A DNA stretch of 64,000 nucleotides, taken from the NCBI GenBank assembly GCA_037927135.1, contig JAXSPP010000002.1, positions 165,155 to 229,154 on the forward strand, read 5' to 3'. The position numbers and the translations under genes were made by a program. The notes beneath the pieces are model-generated. The model searched no databases. It was not told the origin of the DNA and saw nothing but the letters and a program-made list of their open reading frames with translations. Positions 52,274 to 62,677 of this stretch are shown here, one piece after another. Position 1 is the first letter of the stretch; each line of letters opens with the position of its first letter. This DNA comes from Candidatus Pampinifervens sinense. GTDB lineage: Bacteria > Aquificota > Aquificia > Aquificales > Aquificaceae.

Positions 52274-52499
52274 CGCTCACAGGGGGTATTATGGCCACCC
52301 TCTCCTCACCCTTTAGCTCATAGTCCTCTCCCACATACTCCTCGTTTACGGCAAACCTGGCCACTTTAAGTATGGGCTCAAGGTCTGGGTATTTTTCAAT
52401 GAGAAGCTGGCGAAGCTGGGAGATGGTGCCTTTGAAATCCATCTCTTCTTCGCTTCTTTTTAGCCTTTCTTTGACTATGGCAAAGTATAAGAGCTTCAT
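52266..52499 (-). CDS. moaD: Molybdopterin synthase sulfur carrier subunit
   Basis: LYFA, AVNEEYV, C-terminal PPVSGG. Confidence 0.92.
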   Translation of the reverse strand: MKLLYFAIVKERLKRSEEEMDFKGTISQLRQLLIEKYPDLEPILKVARFAVNEEYVGEDYELKGEERVAIIPPVSGG

Positions 52500-52510
52500 C
52501 CTAATAAATT

Positions 52511-54028
52511 TTAATGCCTAAAGTGCCTTGTGCCAGTAAAGACCATGGCCATATTGTATTGATTGACAGCTTCTATGACCTCCTTGTCCCTTATGGAGCC
52601 ACCGGGCTGGATTATGGCCCTTATGCCCACCTCATGGGCCAAATCTACGCTGTCTCTGAAGGGCAAAAAGGCCTCCGAAGCCATAACGCTACCCTTTAGG
52701 TCAAGGCCAAACCTTTGAGCTTTTGCTATGGCACATCTCAAACTGTCCACCCTTGACACATTGCCGGAGCCTATGCCTAAGGTCCTGCCATCCTTGGCTA
52801 TCACTATGGCGTTGGATTTGACATACTTGCATACCTTCCAAGCAAAAAGAAGGTCCCTCATCTCCTCTTCAGTGGGATGTCTCCGAGATACAACCTCAAG
52901 CCTCTCATAGTCAAGACTGTCTTCTTCTTGGAGCAAATACCCACCGCTTACCTTCTTTATATCAAAGGAGAAGGAGTAGCCAAGGGCTTGGACAAGCCTC
53001 AGGTTCTTCTTCTTAGAAAGCACCTCAAGGGCCTCCTCCGACCACTCTGGTGCGATGATGACCTCAAGGAAGATCTCCTTTAGCCTCTCTGCCAAGGGCC
53101 TTTCTACCCTGTCGTTGAAGGCCACTATACCGCCGAAGGCGGACTCTGGGTCTGAAGAAAAGGCCCTTTCAAAGGCCTCAAGCAAGTTTTTACCGAGGGC
53201 CACACCACAGGGGCTGTTGTGCTTGACTATAACACAGGCAGGTTCAGAAAGCTCGCTCACAAGCCTAAAGGCAGAATCGCTATCAAGGTAGTTGTTAAAA
53301 GACATCTCTTTGCCTTGAAGGATGCGCGCCCTTGCTATGCCAAGATCCTCAAGTGGATTATGAAAGAGCCAAGCCTTCTGGTGAGGGTTTTCTCCATACC
53401 TTAGGCTTCCAAAGAGCCTCATAGGCAGTGCAAAGTAAGGTGGTATGCTCTCCACCTCCCATATCCTCTCCAAAGCCCTGGAGATCAAAGCATCGTAGTA
53501 GGCCGTCAGAGAAAAGGCCTTTATGGCTAGCCTCCTTCTGTCCTCAAGGCTAAGGCTTCCCTCTTTTATCTTACTGGCCACCCAGCCATAGTCTTGTGGG
53601 TCCACAACCACCGCAACCCTGTAGAAGTTCTTAGCTGAAGCCCTGATGAGGGTTGGGCCACCTATGTCTATAAACTCCATAAGCTCCTCCTCTTGCAGGT
53701 CCTCCTTTAACTTCTCCTCAAAGGGGTAGAGGTTTACCACCACCAGGTCTATAGGCTCTATGCCAAGGCTCTTTATCTCTTCCCTGTCCTTTTCCACCCA
53801 ATCCCTATAGAGTATGCCACCATGGATGGCAGGATGCAAAGTCTTTACCCTTCCGTCCAGTATTTCAGGAAAGCCTGTAATCTCTTCTACCTCTTTGACC
53901 TCATAGCCAAGGCTTTTTATAAACCTGGCCGTGCCACCGGTGGATATGATCTCGTAGCCCTTTTCCTTTAGAGCTTCTAAGAGCACCTCTAAGCCTTCCT
54001 TGTAATAGACCGATATGAGAGCTCTCAT
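52511..54028 (-). CDS. purH: Bifunctional AICAR transformylase/IMP cyclohydrolase
   Basis: [39 protein letters not shown]. Confidence 0.97.
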   Translation of the reverse strand: MRALISVYYKEGLEVLLEALKEKGYEIISTGGTARFIKSLGYEVKEVEEITGFPEILDGRVKTLHPAIHGGILYRDWVEKDREEIKSLGIEPIDLVVVNLYPFEEKLKEDLQEEELMEFIDIGGPTLIRASAKNFYRVAVVVDPQDYGWVASKIKEGSLSLEDRRRLAIKAFSLTAYYDALISRALERIWEVESIPPYFALPMRLFGSLRYGENPHQKAWLFHNPLEDLGIARARILQGKEMSFNNYLDSDSAFRLVSELSEPACVIVKHNSPCGVALGKNLLEAFERAFSSDPESAFGGIVAFNDRVERPLAERLKEIFLEVIIAPEWSEEALEVLSKKKNLRLVQALGYSFSFDIKKVSGGYLLQEEDSLDYERLEVVSRRHPTEEEMRDLLFAWKVCKYVKSNAIVIAKDGRTLGIGSGNVSRVDSLRCAIAKAQRFGLDLKGSVMASEAFLPFRDSVDLAHEVGIRAIIQPGGSIRDKEVIEAVNQYNMAMVFTGTRHFRH

Positions 54029-54058
54029 AAGTTAAAGATTTTACTAAATTTATTAGTT

Positions 54059-55135
54059 ATGGACCTTCAGAAAAAGATAAGGCTTATGGCAAGGCTTGCA
54101 AGTTTTGAGAGGGATGGAGAGATAAACTTAGAAAGCTGTATATTTTATGCCTCCACTCCAAAGGGCAAGGTTCCAATCCTTAAGCTTATGCAGACCACTA
54201 TGTGCGACAAGAACTGTGTATACTGTGCCTTCAGAAGGGATAGGGATCAGACCATAAGGATGGCGCTAAAGCCGGAAGAAGTGGCAAGGGGCTTTATGGA
54301 ACTCTACAGGGCTGGCAAGGTTAGAGGCCTTTTCCTCTCTTCCGGCATCTTTGGAAACCCAGAGTTCACCATGGAGAGGATGATAGACACGGTAAAGATA
54401 CTTAGAGAAAAATATGAGTTTAAGGGCTATATACACCTTAAGATCATGCCGGGCGTTTCCCTCCAGACGGTGGAAGAGGCAGTAAAGGTGGCAGACAGAG
54501 TGTCTATAAACCTTGAGACCACAAAGGAAGAAAGATTACAAAGTATAGCTAAAGGCAAAAGCATCCTAAAGGATATCCTTCCAAAGATGGAGTATATAGA
54601 TAAGCTCATAAGAAACAGCAAGGGCAAAAGCCAGATAACGCAGATGATGGTGGGTGTGGGAGATGAGAAGGACGAGGAGATAATAAGGGTGGTGGCCTAT
54701 CTTAACAAGAGGTTCAAGCTAAGCAGGATCTATTTTAGTGCCTTCTTCCCAGTCCCTCACACTCCCCTTGAAAACAAACCACCAGAAAATCCTCTAAGGG
54801 AATACAGGCTCTATCAGGTGGACTTTTTGGTAAGAGAATACGGCTTTTCCTTTGAGGACTTTAGGCCCATACTAAAGGATGGAAACCTTCCCCTTGAGAC
54901 AGACCCAAAGACGGCGTGGGCTCAGGTAAACAAACACCTATTCCCAGTGGAGATAAACACGGCGGACTATGAGATGCTCATAAGGGTTCCGGGTATAGGC
55001 AAAAAGACAGCGGAAGAAATAATAAGGAGAAGGAAGGAAAAAAGAATAAGATCGCTTGAGGACCTCAAAGGCATAAAAAACCTAAAAAAGATACTAAATT
55101 ACATCACCTTGGATGGAAAGGTTATAAGGGTTTAA
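54059..55135 (+). CDS. Putative DNA modification/repair radical SAM protein with C-terminal HhH
   Basis: CDKNCVYC, GLFLSSG, YIHLKI, RE.RLYQ.DFL, DPK.AWA, EINTA..LIRVPGIG. Confidence 0.85.
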   Translation: MDLQKKIRLMARLASFERDGEINLESCIFYASTPKGKVPILKLMQTTMCDKNCVYCAFRRDRDQTIRMALKPEEVARGFMELYRAGKVRGLFLSSGIFGNPEFTMERMIDTVKILREKYEFKGYIHLKIMPGVSLQTVEEAVKVADRVSINLETTKEERLQSIAKGKSILKDILPKMEYIDKLIRNSKGKSQITQMMVGVGDEKDEEIIRVVAYLNKRFKLSRIYFSAFFPVPHTPLENKPPENPLREYRLYQVDFLVREYGFSFEDFRPILKDGNLPLETDPKTAWAQVNKHLFPVEINTADYEMLIRVPGIGKKTAEEIIRRRKEKRIRSLEDLKGIKNLKKILNYITLDGKVIRV

Positions 55136-55167
55136 AAAAAATAAAAACCCCCGCAGGAGGCGGGGGT
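55135..55167 (-). terminator. Intrinsic terminator of porin gene
   Basis: Minus strand ACCCCCGC-CTCCT-GCGGGGGT followed by a long T-rich tract, 11 nt after porin stop. Confidence 0.85.
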
Positions 55168-55178
55168 GGATGGGATTG

Positions 55179-56345
55179 TTAGAATTGAACCTGAAGGGCA
55201 AGGGTCCAGTCGGTATAGTTCTTCTCGTTTGGAGCTTTATTTTTGAGACTCACAACATCAGCACCGAGCTGGATCTTGGCATCTTGACCCTTTATGTAGT
55301 AGTTGAGGAATACACCCGTTCTGTTGGTGTCCCTGTTGGCAGCTGTCCTGTCATCAAGCTTTTCATACCTTATGGCAAGGGCAGGCTTTCCTATACCAAC
55401 CACTTGGTCGTAGAGAAGTTGACCTTGCACATAGTAAGCTCTGTCCTTACTCTTAGATGGTGCTCTAGCAGGTATGTCCTTCCTGTCTTGGTAGCCAAGC
55501 TGGAGGTTTGGCACTATGTCTCCAAACTTTTGCTCCCACATGGCGTCCACGGTCCAGGCTTTGGCTGTACCACTATATCCACTACCGTTGTCCCACTTTT
55601 GAGTATTGTAGCCAAGACCTATGGTCAGCACATTTTGCCTTCCAAGGTAAGTATCCGCAAGCGTAAAGCCCTTTTCTGCCTTGTATCCAAGCATGGTAGG
55701 TGTGAATTGTATCCTTCCGGCAAAGGCAAGGTTGTCTTTAGTACCAAGATCACCGCTTACATGGTCCCATCTTCCATCAAAGACACCAATCTGATACTTA
55801 ACAAGACCATCTGCTATGTTGCCCCAGAAGGTAAGACCTGCATCCCTGTAACCATTTTGCACATTATAACCTATGGTAAATGGAGTAAAGTAATTACCTC
55901 TTACGCTATATCCATATCCAGTTGGTATAATGTAGGTATAGCTGTCTGTTAGAGATGCCCTTGAGAAGGGAAGCCTGTAGAGACCTGCCATTACTTGGAA
56001 CTCATCCATAAGCTTTAGGTTGATGAAGGCGTCGTTAACTCTGGTACTTGCTGTACCTGAATGATTGGTTCTTCCTTGTGCATTATTACCTATCGCAAAA
56101 TCCAAGTTGGCACCAAATTGGACTATCTTGTTGACCTGTCCAGAGAAGTAAAGCCTTGCGTTGGCTATGGAGAAGTCTGTGTAGTCTTTACCACCTGGGG
56201 TTGTCTTCCCAAGCCTTTGTGCCCAGATTTGGAGCTTTAGGCCTGTGTTGGCAAAGGTATCTTCGTCCACTTTAATAACGGCTGCCTCTGCGGGCAATAT
56301 GGCTGCTCCCATTAGGGCTGCTACTGCCAAAAGGCTCTTTCTCAT
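55179..56345 (-). CDS. Outer-membrane porin (OprO/OprP/ExtI-like)
   Basis: Signal peptide MRKSLLAVAALMGAAILPAEA, ARLYFSG, DAFIN, RDAG, C-terminal QVQF; SD AAGGAGG. Confidence 0.82.
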   Translation of the reverse strand: MRKSLLAVAALMGAAILPAEAAVIKVDEDTFANTGLKLQIWAQRLGKTTPGGKDYTDFSIANARLYFSGQVNKIVQFGANLDFAIGNNAQGRTNHSGTASTRVNDAFINLKLMDEFQVMAGLYRLPFSRASLTDSYTYIIPTGYGYSVRGNYFTPFTIGYNVQNGYRDAGLTFWGNIADGLVKYQIGVFDGRWDHVSGDLGTKDNLAFAGRIQFTPTMLGYKAEKGFTLADTYLGRQNVLTIGLGYNTQKWDNGSGYSGTAKAWTVDAMWEQKFGDIVPNLQLGYQDRKDIPARAPSKSKDRAYYVQGQLLYDQVVGIGKPALAIRYEKLDDRTAANRDTNRTGVFLNYYIKGQDAKIQLGADVVSLKNKAPNEKNYTDWTLALQVQF

Positions 56346-56379
56346 GTTGGTACCCTCCTTAAAAGGTTTTGATGGCAAT

Positions 56380-56408
56380 ATAATAGCAAAAAAAGGGATG
56401 CTTGTCAA
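56380..56408 (-). promoter_or_regulatory. Strong sigma-70 promoter of porin
   Basis: TTGACA (56408-03)-17 nt-TATTAT (56385-80) with TG extended -10. Confidence 0.7.
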
Positions 56409-56514
56409 GACTTTTTTAAAGTTTGCAAGATTTCCAAAGGCTTTTAAATGGTGAGTTGCATTTTTGCAATTTTGCAACGGAAGGAAATGGGATTATAATA
56501 TTATTGTAAGCTTA

Positions 56515-56605
56515 GGAGGGGTGACCGAGTGGCCGAAGGTGCAGCACTGGAAATGCTGTGTACGGGTTAAACCCCGTACCGCGGGTTCGAATCCCGCCCC
56601 CTCCG
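56515..56605 (+). tRNA. tRNA-Ser(GGA)
   Basis: Acceptor GGAGGGG/CCCCTCC, anticodon arm CAGCA-CT GGA AA-TGCTG, long variable arm, GCGGG-TTCGAAT-CCCGC, G discriminator; CCA not encoded. Confidence 0.96.
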
Positions 56606-56606
56606 C

Positions 56607-57863
56607 TCAAACCTTTCTTACCTTTAAGGTCATACCCTTGACCTCTTCTACCACCACCTGATCTCCTCTTTTCAAAGGCTCATCGCTTATAGCATTCCAT
56701 ATCTCTCCGTGTATAAAAACTTTGCCCTTTCCTTCCACAAAGTCTGTATAAGCCTCTCCCTGCTCACCTATTAGCTCTTCCGCTCCAAGCATCTTTTTGC
56801 GCCTTTGGGCCTTTAGGCCTAGCCTTCCTGCAAAGAGGAAAAAGCCCACGGTAAGAGCTACCATGGTGGCTATGACGCTTATGGGAATGTTTCCATAAGG
56901 TGAATCTGGACTGATGAGGATTAAAGAACCAAGGGCAAGGGCTATGGCTCCAGCTACTGCAAGACCTCCAAAGGCGGGGGTAATTAGCTCAAGTATGAGA
57001 AGAAGGATGCCTGCAAGGATAAGAAGGAGACCAAGCCAGTTTATGCCTATGACTCCAAGGCCATACAGGCCCAAAAGAAGGCAGATGATGCCTACAGTGC
57101 CTGGTATTATGGTTCCTGGGTTGTAAAGTTCAAAGAAAATGCCATAAAAGCCTATAAGGAGGAGCATGTAGGCAACGGTAGGGTTTGTTATTATGCTAAG
57201 AAATTCTTCCCTTAGGCTTTTCCCCACCTCTACCACCTGAAGGCCCTTAGTTTTAATAACCACCTCCCTGCCGTGCTTTTTTATCACTCTCCCATCCAAC
57301 TTTTCCAAAAGGTCCTTCCTGTCCGTTGCTATAAGGTCTATAACCTTCTCCTTTAGAGCTTCTTCTGGAGTTAGGGATATGGCTTGAGTTACCATCTTCT
57401 CTGCTATCTCTGGATTCCTTCCCTTTTCTTTTGCAATGCTTCGCACAAAGGCAAGCATATCTTGCATAACTTTTTGCTTCATAGCCTCATCCATCTTTTC
57501 ACCACCCATCTGAACGGGCGTGGCTGCACCTATGTTTGTACCTGGAGCCATTGCGGCCACATCTGCCGAGAGGGTTATTATGGCACCTGCGGAGGCTGCA
57601 CGACCTCCCGGTGGATAAACAAAGACTACCACAGGAAGGGGAGTCCTTTGAAACTCTTGGATGACTTCCCTCATGGAACTTTCAAGGCCTCCGGGTGTGT
57701 TCAGCTCAAGAATAAAGAGGCTTCCCCCCTCTTTCTCCGCCTTTTGCAAACCTCTTTTTATATGGTCCACCATGAGGGGTGTTACGGCCTCTTGCCACTT
57801 GGAGATGAATATCTTTGCATTGGAAAAGGCTATAAGGGAAAGCAGTATGATCAAAAGCTTCAT
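56607..57863 (-). CDS. nfeD: NfeD-family membrane-bound serine protease (long form)
   Basis: LNTPGG, AASAGA, MAPGTNIGAA, TMs, C-terminal OB (GEIWNA). Confidence 0.92.
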   Translation of the reverse strand: MKLLIILLSLIAFSNAKIFISKWQEAVTPLMVDHIKRGLQKAEKEGGSLFILELNTPGGLESSMREVIQEFQRTPLPVVVFVYPPGGRAASAGAIITLSADVAAMAPGTNIGAATPVQMGGEKMDEAMKQKVMQDMLAFVRSIAKEKGRNPEIAEKMVTQAISLTPEEALKEKVIDLIATDRKDLLEKLDGRVIKKHGREVVIKTKGLQVVEVGKSLREEFLSIITNPTVAYMLLLIGFYGIFFELYNPGTIIPGTVGIICLLLGLYGLGVIGINWLGLLLILAGILLLILELITPAFGGLAVAGAIALALGSLILISPDSPYGNIPISVIATMVALTVGFFLFAGRLGLKAQRRKKMLGAEELIGEQGEAYTDFVEGKGKVFIHGEIWNAISDEPLKRGDQVVVEEVKGMTLKVRKV

Positions 57864-57878
57864 AGGAAAATCTTAAAT

Positions 57879-58496
57879 CTACTTTATCCTGCTTGCAAGT
57901 TCTTCAAGAACTTCCTCAATCCCTATACCCCTTACGCTGAGCATGAGAAGAAGATGGTAAAACATGTCGGAAGCTTCCGCCTTTATCTCTTCAGGCACAC
58001 CTCTTTTTAGTGCTATAAGGGTTTCAATGGCCTCTTCACCAAACTTTTGAAGTATTCTGTCCTCACCCTCTTTAAAGAGCTTTACCGTATAAGAGTTTTC
58101 TGGCATATCTTTAAGCCTTTGTTGTATTATCTCTTGGAGCCTTTGAAGTGTTTCAAAGGGAAGCACCCTTTTTACCCTTTCCCCTTTGAGGTCCCTAAAA
58201 AAGCAATTCCTTTCTCCTGTGTGGCAAGCCCTGTTTTTTTCTTGCAAGACAATATAGAGCAAAACATCCTCATCACAGTCCACCCTTATCTCCACCACCC
58301 TTTGAAGTTCTCCGGAGCTCTCACCCTTTTTCCATATAGACCCCCTTGACCTTGAGTAGTAGTGGGCATAGCCCGTTTCTATGGTTTTCCTTATGGCCTC
58401 CTCGTTGGCCCAAGCAAACATCCTTATCTCACCAGTCCTATAATCCTGCGCTATTACAGGTATTAGACCCTCTTGGTTAAACTTGAGCTGTAGCAT
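57879..58496 (-). CDS. hisIE: Bifunctional PR-AMP cyclohydrolase/PR-ATP pyrophosphatase
   Basis: [29 protein letters not shown]. Confidence 0.95.
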   Translation of the reverse strand: MLQLKFNQEGLIPVIAQDYRTGEIRMFAWANEEAIRKTIETGYAHYYSRSRGSIWKKGESSGELQRVVEIRVDCDEDVLLYIVLQEKNRACHTGERNCFFRDLKGERVKRVLPFETLQRLQEIIQQRLKDMPENSYTVKLFKEGEDRILQKFGEEAIETLIALKRGVPEEIKAEASDMFYHLLLMLSVRGIGIEEVLEELASRIK

Positions 58497-59100
58497 CCCT
58501 CTTAATTATAATCCTTAAGTCTCCAAAGGGCTTTTCTTGTTCTATGTCCACAATGTCTTCTTGATACAGCACCATAAGGGCCATAAGGTATGGCACAAGA
58601 CTTTTCCCAAGGACAATCTGATAAAAGGAAAAGACCATGCCCTTCTCTTTAAAAAGGTCTTTAAGCTCTTTTAGAGCATCCTCAAACCTTGATATGTGTA
58701 TAGGAATGGTCCTCTCTTCCCTTCTTACCCTACCTTTCCCCACCCTCTTTATTGCCACCCTTACAGCCCTTTTTATCTTTTCAATCCTTTCGGTAAGCTC
58801 TTCTGCAAGCTCCGCCTCTTGACTCTCAAACTGCTCTACTATCTCTTTGAGGGTTATCCTTCTCCTCTCCCTCCTTTGCTTTGGCTCTGGAAAGAGGACC
58901 TCCGCCTGCTTTTTAAGAAGAAAAGAGGCTGCTAAAAGGGCCCTTGCTGGCACTCTAAGATCAAGGAGTTCATGCCTTCTTATCTCCTCCATATAAGCCT
59001 TTGCAAGGGCGCATATGTCCACATCCCAAGGGTCAAGCTTTCCCTCCTCCACAAGCCTGTAGGCAAGGGCAAAGGGATGATCCTCTTCAAAGCGCCACAT
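58477..59100 (-). CDS. scpA: Segregation/condensation protein A (kleisin)
   Basis: [13 protein letters not shown]...[11 protein letters not shown]. Confidence 0.85.
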   Translation of the reverse strand: MWRFEEDHPFALAYRLVEEGKLDPWDVDICALAKAYMEEIRRHELLDLRVPARALLAASFLLKKQAEVLFPEPKQRRERRRITLKEIVEQFESQEAELAEELTERIEKIKRAVRVAIKRVGKGRVRREERTIPIHISRFEDALKELKDLFKEKGMVFSFYQIVLGKSLVPYLMALMVLYQEDIVDIEQEKPFGDLRIIIKRDATAQV

Positions 59101-59920
59101 GTCTTCTCCAATAGGTGGCCATCTTTATAAGGTTGTAAAGAGTGTCCTTTAGGTCCTTTCGGTGCACCACCATATCCACCATACCCTTCTCAAGCAAAAA
59201 CTCCGATGTTTGAAAGCCCTCTGGAAGCTGTTGTTTAATAGTCTGTTCTATCACCCTTGGCCCTGCAAAGCCTATAAGGGCCTTTGGCTCAGCTATTATT
59301 ATGTCTCCAAGGAAGGCAAAGCTTGCAGACACCCCACCTGTGGTAGGGTTTGTAAGCACCGTTATGTAAGGTAGCCCCCTTTCCTTTAAGTAGCCCACGC
59401 CTATGGAGGTCTTTGCCATCTGCATAAGGGATAGTATGCCCTCTTGCATGCGGGCACCACCCGAGGCCACAATGGCTATCAAAGGAAGATCCTCCTCTCT
59501 TGCATACTTACAGGCCCTATAAAACCTCTCACCCACCACAGATCCCATACTACCACCTATAAAGCCAAAGTCCATAACCGACAACACAACCCTTTCATCC
59601 TTTAAAAAACCATCGGCCACAATTATGGCCTCAGATAGGCTTGTGCTCTCTTGAGCCTGTTTTATCCTTTCCTTATAGCTCTTTGTATCCCTAAAGTTTA
59701 GCGGGTCTGTGGGCCTTATCTCCTCAAAAAGGATCCTATAGTTTTGTAAAAGATACTCAAGCCTTTCCTTTGCAGGCATGTTAAAGTGATGTTGACACTT
59801 TGGACAAACGTTTAGATTCTTCTTCAATTCAGGAATGTATAGCAAGGACTTACAGCTTTCACACTTGGTCCAAAGGACTTCTTTCTCCTCCTTTCTTCTG
59901 AACCTGTCTAAAAAGCCCAT
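59087..59920 (-). CDS. accD: Acetyl-CoA carboxylase carboxyltransferase beta subunit
   Basis: Zn finger CESC/CPKC, GGSMG, SGGARMQEG, GGVSAS, GFAGPRVI. Confidence 0.96.
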   Translation of the reverse strand: MGFLDRFRRKEEKEVLWTKCESCKSLLYIPELKKNLNVCPKCQHHFNMPAKERLEYLLQNYRILFEEIRPTDPLNFRDTKSYKERIKQAQESTSLSEAIIVADGFLKDERVVLSVMDFGFIGGSMGSVVGERFYRACKYAREEDLPLIAIVASGGARMQEGILSLMQMAKTSIGVGYLKERGLPYITVLTNPTTGGVSASFAFLGDIIIAEPKALIGFAGPRVIEQTIKQQLPEGFQTSEFLLEKGMVDMVVHRKDLKDTLYNLIKMATYWRRHVAL

Positions 59921-59937
59921 GGATAGCTATTTTACCA

Positions 59938-60330
59938 TTAGGAGCTATGGACCTTTTCCTCTAGCTTTTGCAGTCTCCTTATGATGTCTTCTACAATGTC
60001 CTTTTGGTGAAAGGCCTTGTTCAAAATATCTTTTATATGAGAAAGCTCCATATAAATATGGTCTATCCTTCTGTTGGTCTCATCCACCCTTTGATTTGTA
60101 TCATCAACCCTTCTGTTTAGGTCATCTATCCTTCTATTGATTTCCCTTATCTCCTCCTCCAAGGAGCTTATTCTCTTTTCTATGCTGGTGAGCCTTTGGC
60201 TCATAGATTCTATGGCTATTCTGTAGCCTTCAAGCTCTCCACGCACCTGGGCCCTAAACTCTTTAAATTCCTCCTTTAACTCCCCTACGATGAGGTCTTT
60301 TAATTTTTCTGCCAGCTTATCTATGTCCAT
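59938..60330 (-). CDS. Coiled-coil hypothetical protein with heptad repeats
   Basis: 130 aa; four xN(R/Q)R(I/V)Dx repeats. Confidence 0.75.
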   Translation of the reverse strand: MDIDKLAEKLKDLIVGELKEEFKEFRAQVRGELEGYRIAIESMSQRLTSIEKRISSLEEEIREINRRIDDLNRRVDDTNQRVDETNRRIDHIYMELSHIKDILNKAFHQKDIVEDIIRRLQKLEEKVHSS

Positions 60331-60350
60331 AAGTATTAAAATATACCACT

Positions 60351-61823
60351 ATGAGCCTCCGCATATACAACACCTTAACGGGCAAGGTAGAGGAGTTTGT
60401 TCCCATCAACCCTCCCAACGTGCTCATATACACCTGTGGTGTAACCGTTTACGATGACTCCCATGTGGGCCATGGAAGAAGCCTTATAGTCTTTGATGTC
60501 TTCAGAAGGTTCCTTGAACATATGGGATATAGGGTCAAGTTTGTCAGAAACTTCACCGATGTGGATGACAAGATAATAAACAGAGCAAAGGAAGAATGCA
60601 CCGACTTTATGACCATAGCCAACAGGTATATAGCCAGCTACTACATTGATATGGAAAACATAAGGGTAAGGCCTGCCGATGTGGAGCCAAGGGTAACGGA
60701 GCATATAAAGGAGATTATAGAGGTTATAAAGGCTTTGATAGAGAAGGGCTATGCCTATGAGTCGGGTGGAGATGTCTATTTTTCCGTGTCTGCCTTTCCC
60801 GAGTATGGGAAGCTTTCAAAGAGGAACATAGAGGAGCTTGAGGCTGGCGCAAGGGTGGAGCCATCGGAGAAGAAGAGAAATCCTTTGGACTTTGCCCTTT
60901 GGAAGTCTGCCAAGGCAGGAGAGCCTGCTTGGGACTCTCCTTGGGGGCCCGGAAGGCCAGGATGGCACACAGAGTGCGTTGCCATGATCTTCAAGCATCT
61001 TGGACAGACCATAGACATACACGGTGGTGGCCTTGACCTTGTCTTTCCCCACCATGAGAACGAGATAGCACAGGCCGAAGCCTTGACGGGCAAGCCCTTT
61101 GCGCGCTATTGGATGCACAACGGCCTTGTCACCGTTGGCGGTCAAAAGATGTCCAAGTCCCTTGGCAATTACATAACCCTCAAGGAGGTCTATTCTAAAT
61201 ACCATCCTGATATTCTTAGGCTTTTGGTCCTCTTTACACACTACAGGAGCCCCTTGGACTTCTCTTGGGAAAAGATGGAAGAGACAAAAAGGGCCTACGA
61301 GAGGCTTTTGAACGCCTTGGAGGACCTAGAGCTTTTGAAAAAGCTACCAAGCTATGAAGAAAAGGGAACCCATCCACTCTTTGAAAAGGTAAAGGAAGCA
61401 GAGGAGGCCTTCTTCCAAGCCCTCAGCGAAGACTTTAACACACCACAAGCCCTGGCGGTGGTTTACAACCTGGTGAGCGAGCTAAACAAGATAAAAAACA
61501 AGGCCTTCTCAGAAGGCAAAATATCCCAGCAAGAGCTTCAGGCTTACGAGTTTGCGGTAGAGTCTCTCATAAGGAACTTGAGGGGAGTTTTTGGCCTTCT
61601 GGAGGATTATAGGCCCCAGTGTGAGGTGAAAAAGGTGGTCCAAAGGGAGCTTTCCGCTGGAGAGGTGCTAGATACAAGGCTTATAGACCTTCTTGTAGAG
61701 GTCAGAAGCATGGCAAGGAAGGAGAAGGTCTTTACCATTGCGGACCACATAAGGGAAAGGTTGAAAGAGCTTGGTATAATCCTTGAAGACACACCGGCGG
61801 GAACAAAATGGAGAAGGCAGTAG
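60351..61823 (+). CDS. cysS: Cysteine--tRNA ligase
   Basis: [38 protein letters not shown]. Confidence 0.97.
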   Translation: MSLRIYNTLTGKVEEFVPINPPNVLIYTCGVTVYDDSHVGHGRSLIVFDVFRRFLEHMGYRVKFVRNFTDVDDKIINRAKEECTDFMTIANRYIASYYIDMENIRVRPADVEPRVTEHIKEIIEVIKALIEKGYAYESGGDVYFSVSAFPEYGKLSKRNIEELEAGARVEPSEKKRNPLDFALWKSAKAGEPAWDSPWGPGRPGWHTECVAMIFKHLGQTIDIHGGGLDLVFPHHENEIAQAEALTGKPFARYWMHNGLVTVGGQKMSKSLGNYITLKEVYSKYHPDILRLLVLFTHYRSPLDFSWEKMEETKRAYERLLNALEDLELLKKLPSYEEKGTHPLFEKVKEAEEAFFQALSEDFNTPQALAVVYNLVSELNKIKNKAFSEGKISQQELQAYEFAVESLIRNLRGVFGLLEDYRPQCEVKKVVQRELSAGEVLDTRLIDLLVEVRSMARKEKVFTIADHIRERLKELGIILEDTPAGTKWRRQ

Positions 61824-62677
61824 GCATTATACTTGATGGAAGGGCACTTTCAGAAAAGATAAGGGGGGAGATAGCCCAAGAGGTAAAGGAGTATGTCTCA
61901 AGGGGCCTGAGGCCCCCAGCCCTTGCGGTCATACTTGTAGGAGATGATCCGGCAAGCCAAGTGTATGTGTCAAACAAAGAAAAGGCATGTAAAAAGGTGG
62001 GCATAAGGTCCCTCTCTTACCGCCTTCCATACAACACGACCACGCAAGAACTCCTTGAACTCATAGCCCAGCTTAACGCCGATGAGGAGGTGGACGGCAT
62101 CCTTGTCCAGCTACCCCTGCCTCCACACATAAACCAGCATGAGATAATCCTCGCTATAAGTCCAAAAAAGGATGTGGACGGCTTTCATCCAGAAAACATG
62201 GGAAGGCTTGTGGCACGCATGGAAGATGGCTTTATACCTTGCACACCACTGGGCATAGACCTGTTGCTTAAACACTATGGGATAGAGCTAAAGGGCAAAG
62301 ATGTGGTGATTGTGGGTGCTGGCTTTATAGTGGGTAGGCCACTTAGTCTTCTTATGCTTTGGAGGGATGCCACAGTGAGCGTTTGTCATATATATACAAA
62401 GGACATAAAGGAATACACCAAGAGGGCTGACATACTCATATCTGCCACAGGCGTGCCGGGCCTCATAAAGGCCCATATGGTAAAAGAGGGTGCGGTGGTG
62501 GTAGATGTGGGCATATCAAGAGTAGGGGACAAGATAGTGGGGGATGTGGACTTTGAAGAAGTAAAGGAGAAGGCCTATGCCATCACACCCGTGCCCGGCG
62601 GTGTGGGACCTATGACGGTGACGGGCTTGCTTCTTAACACTTTGAAGGCTTATAAGAAAAGGTTTAGGCTTGAGTGA
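61808..62677 (+). CDS. folD: Methylenetetrahydrofolate dehydrogenase/cyclohydrolase
   Basis: [33 protein letters not shown]. Confidence 0.96.
   Translation: MEKAVGIILDGRALSEKIRGEIAQEVKEYVSRGLRPPALAVILVGDDPASQVYVSNKEKACKKVGIRSLSYRLPYNTTTQELLELIAQLNADEEVDGILVQLPLPPHINQHEIILAISPKKDVDGFHPENMGRLVARMEDGFIPCTPLGIDLLLKHYGIELKGKDVVIVGAGFIVGRPLSLLMLWRDATVSVCHIYTKDIKEYTKRADILISATGVPGLIKAHMVKEGAVVVDVGISRVGDKIVGDVDFEEVKEKAYAITPVPGGVGPMTVTGLLLNTLKAYKKRFRLE

Noticed and set aside
55170-55952. 260-aa plus-strand ORF
   Set aside because: Antisense shadow of the porin gene; no recognisable motifs or RBS
56423-56477. Repeated TTGCA(A) motifs as a sigma-54 promoter
   Set aside because: No correctly spaced GG-N10-GC; one copy fits better as the -35 of the tRNA promoter (TATAAT at 56494)
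56560-56640. tRNA-Ser 3' end as an integration site
   Set aside because: No duplicated tRNA 3' fragment or integrase gene seen in the window
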